Of a stretch of 64,000 nucleotides of DNA, positions 61,925 to 64,000 are shown piece after piece (position 1 is the stretch's first letter; each line of letters opens with the position of its first letter). The notes beneath the pieces are model-generated. The model saw nothing but the letters and a program-made list of their open reading frames with translations, was not told the origin of the DNA and did no database searches. This stretch comes from Okamejei kenojei (lineage: Eukaryota). The translations under genes and the position numbers were made by a program. The stretch covers positions 27,094,001-27,158,000 of the forward strand of contig CM069158.1 of NCBI GenBank assembly GCA_035221665.1, read 5' to 3'.

Positions 61925-64000
61925 ATTTAGAAATACACAACTTTATTAAAAGCAAAAAAACAAATGCATTAAATTCTTGGCAAAATAAACACCAGCAACA
62001 AAAGATCAAAAATTGGGGTAAAAATGTAAAAACTGCCAAGTCAAGGAAATTCCTCAAAAAAAATTAACATTTTAGTAGTTGCAACTTAAATGGATTTACA
62101 GTACTTTAACCCCAGAAACAGGTGGAATGGCAAAATAAAAATGGGTAGCACTTTACTATAACATTACATAAACGCTACAAGGTCTTTAGAATGCCTGCCA
62201 TTTAATCTTCACGTTTCACAAAATTTAATAAGCACTAGGCAACCGTAATCACAAAAGCATTCCCTTCCCTACCACACAGTAAATGCACCGTCTATATTGT
62301 GAAGAAATTGAAAAGCTAAATGAACTGGCTATTAATGTTAATATTTAGTTATATTTCAAATTCTACAGCTATGCCAAAATAGCCACAAGACAATTCCTGA
62401 GCACCATCAGCTTCTCATCTGTACATACTGGCTGACTTGTGTGTAATCAAGTTTTTAAATGACCACAGATTTTATTTCCTTAACATTGTGTTTATTTAGG
62501 ATAGCTTCTTTGCTCTTCCACACCAAGCAACATTATACAAGATTAACTATAGCCACACAAAAAAAAGACAGACTACATTGTACAAGTGCAAAGAACATCT
62601 GGTTCATCCTCCACTTGTGTTTTTTAAAGGTAACGTCCATCTTACACAGGATATGTAACCTGATCAAAATGATGCAAATCTTGCCATGTTAAAAGCTAGT
62701 ATGGAGGAGTTGAATGGGGAGTTGAATGGCTAAACATTTAAAAGATTCAGATTCTTGCATCTTTTTAAAGGAACTATTAATCCAAACTTGTGTAAGAAAG
62801 AACTGCAAATGCTGGTTTAAATCAAAGGTAGACACAAAATGCTGAAGTAACAATCAGTCTGAAGAAGGGTCTCGACCCAAAACATCACCCATTCCTTCTC
62901 TCCAGAGATGCTGCCTCACCCGCTGAGTAACTCCAGCATTTTGTGTCTACCTCCTATTAATCCAAACTCCTCTATATGTAAACATTTTGGGGATAATATG
63001 TGCCCAAAATAATCAGGAGTTTTAACACCATATTGTAATCCCCTTTTGTAGTCCGCGATCACAGCAAACTTATATTTATGGCATTTATTGCATTTTGTAC
63101 TACCTGTGTGGTTAATTTCTAGTAGGTAGAGCACCCATGTGATTTCACCTGAAACAGGATTCTTAATGCACCATTTACAATAAATTGTAATATTTTAAAA
63201 CATGAAATTAGCTATTTACAGATGCATTGCTTTAAATGCTCAAATGCAGTGCAAAGAGGATTAAAATATTTTTTGTAGCTCAAACATTTTTCCCAACAGA
63301 AGCATTTAAAAAAATGTTAAACTCGGTTCAAATACCCTTAAGTGCATGTGGGGAAGTGTAAAATGTAAAATATAATTAACATTGAAAATCCAGCATATGA
63401 TGGACATTATCTTTCAGTGCTGTAAAAATGTCATCTGTGCCTTGTGAGGGTTCACAGAAAGACTTGGAACAGGTTAGATTACTTTTTCCAAAATAGAAAA
63501 TGCACAATTTATTACAAACAGAAAAAAAAATTCTCCAAAGTATTTAGATATACTAAAGAAAATTAGGTAATAGTTTTTTATATATCTCAGGCATTTTGAT
63601 AATATATATTAAAATAATAGGTATTACTTTATACATTTTTCCTTACAATAAACTGAACTCGATAAATAGTGTACAGATTACAACAGATGCTTTATTCTCA
63701 AGGGGCAAATCTCATACAATTTCTGCATGCTAGAGGCACCCCTGACGGATTATACAAACTGACTTTATATGCTTAAGTCAAAGCAGTTTGTATTATTAGA
63801 AACCGACATAAAATGACGTAAATGCATCTTTTCTCTATTAAGTTATATGGCTCAGTTTTCACAGCATGTAATTACACCTCAATATACCTACAAATTTAAG
63901 GCTACTTATGAGAACATCCTGCCATTATTTTAATGTTTACTCATTACTGGCTTACTAGCTTTCTACCAAGTACTAGTGTGAATGTCATCTGTCACTTTGT
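61925..64000 (-). other. Probable 3' UTR of a convergent gene (DOT1L by synteny)
   Basis: Mostly non-repetitive AU-rich sequence with minus-strand AATAAA at 61942-61947. DOT1L is tail-to-tail with PLEKHJ1 in human. No coding sequence is visible. Confidence 0.4.

Overview
Vertebrate genomic DNA, not microbial. The repeat landscape (HE1-like tRNA SINEs, CR1/HER1-like LINEs, Penelope termini) suggests a cartilaginous fish, probably a skate or ray (inference). I reconstructed three genes exon by exon with GT-AG sites and consistent phases. AMH (minus) has exons 1-3 here; the remainder was not found and presumably lies left of the window. SF3A2 (minus) is complete, 8 coding exons and 491 aa. PLEKHJ1 (plus) is complete, 6 exons and 146 aa, and is head-to-head with SF3A2 across a GC-rich promoter. 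The AU-rich right end is probably the DOT1L 3' UTR (synteny inference only). Major mobile elements: a structurally complete but decayed ~4.6 kb DIRS tyrosine-recombinase retrotransposon (ITRs plus ICR) between SF3A2 and AMH, and a 1.6 kb Tc1 element of the Passport type in AMH intron 1. There are also PIF/Harbinger-type MITEs and Tx1, Rex/Babar, CR1 and Penelope fragments. The most interesting signals are a 7-copy ETS-motif minisatellite in the bidirectional promoter, hammerhead-ribozyme-like cores in Penelope-derived palindromes, the DIRS circle-junction architecture, an AMH promoter motif cluster, and compensating frameshifts in the SF3A2 proline-rich repeat. I see no clear evidence of a wholly new biological system. 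All homology calls rest on recalled motifs; no searches were run.
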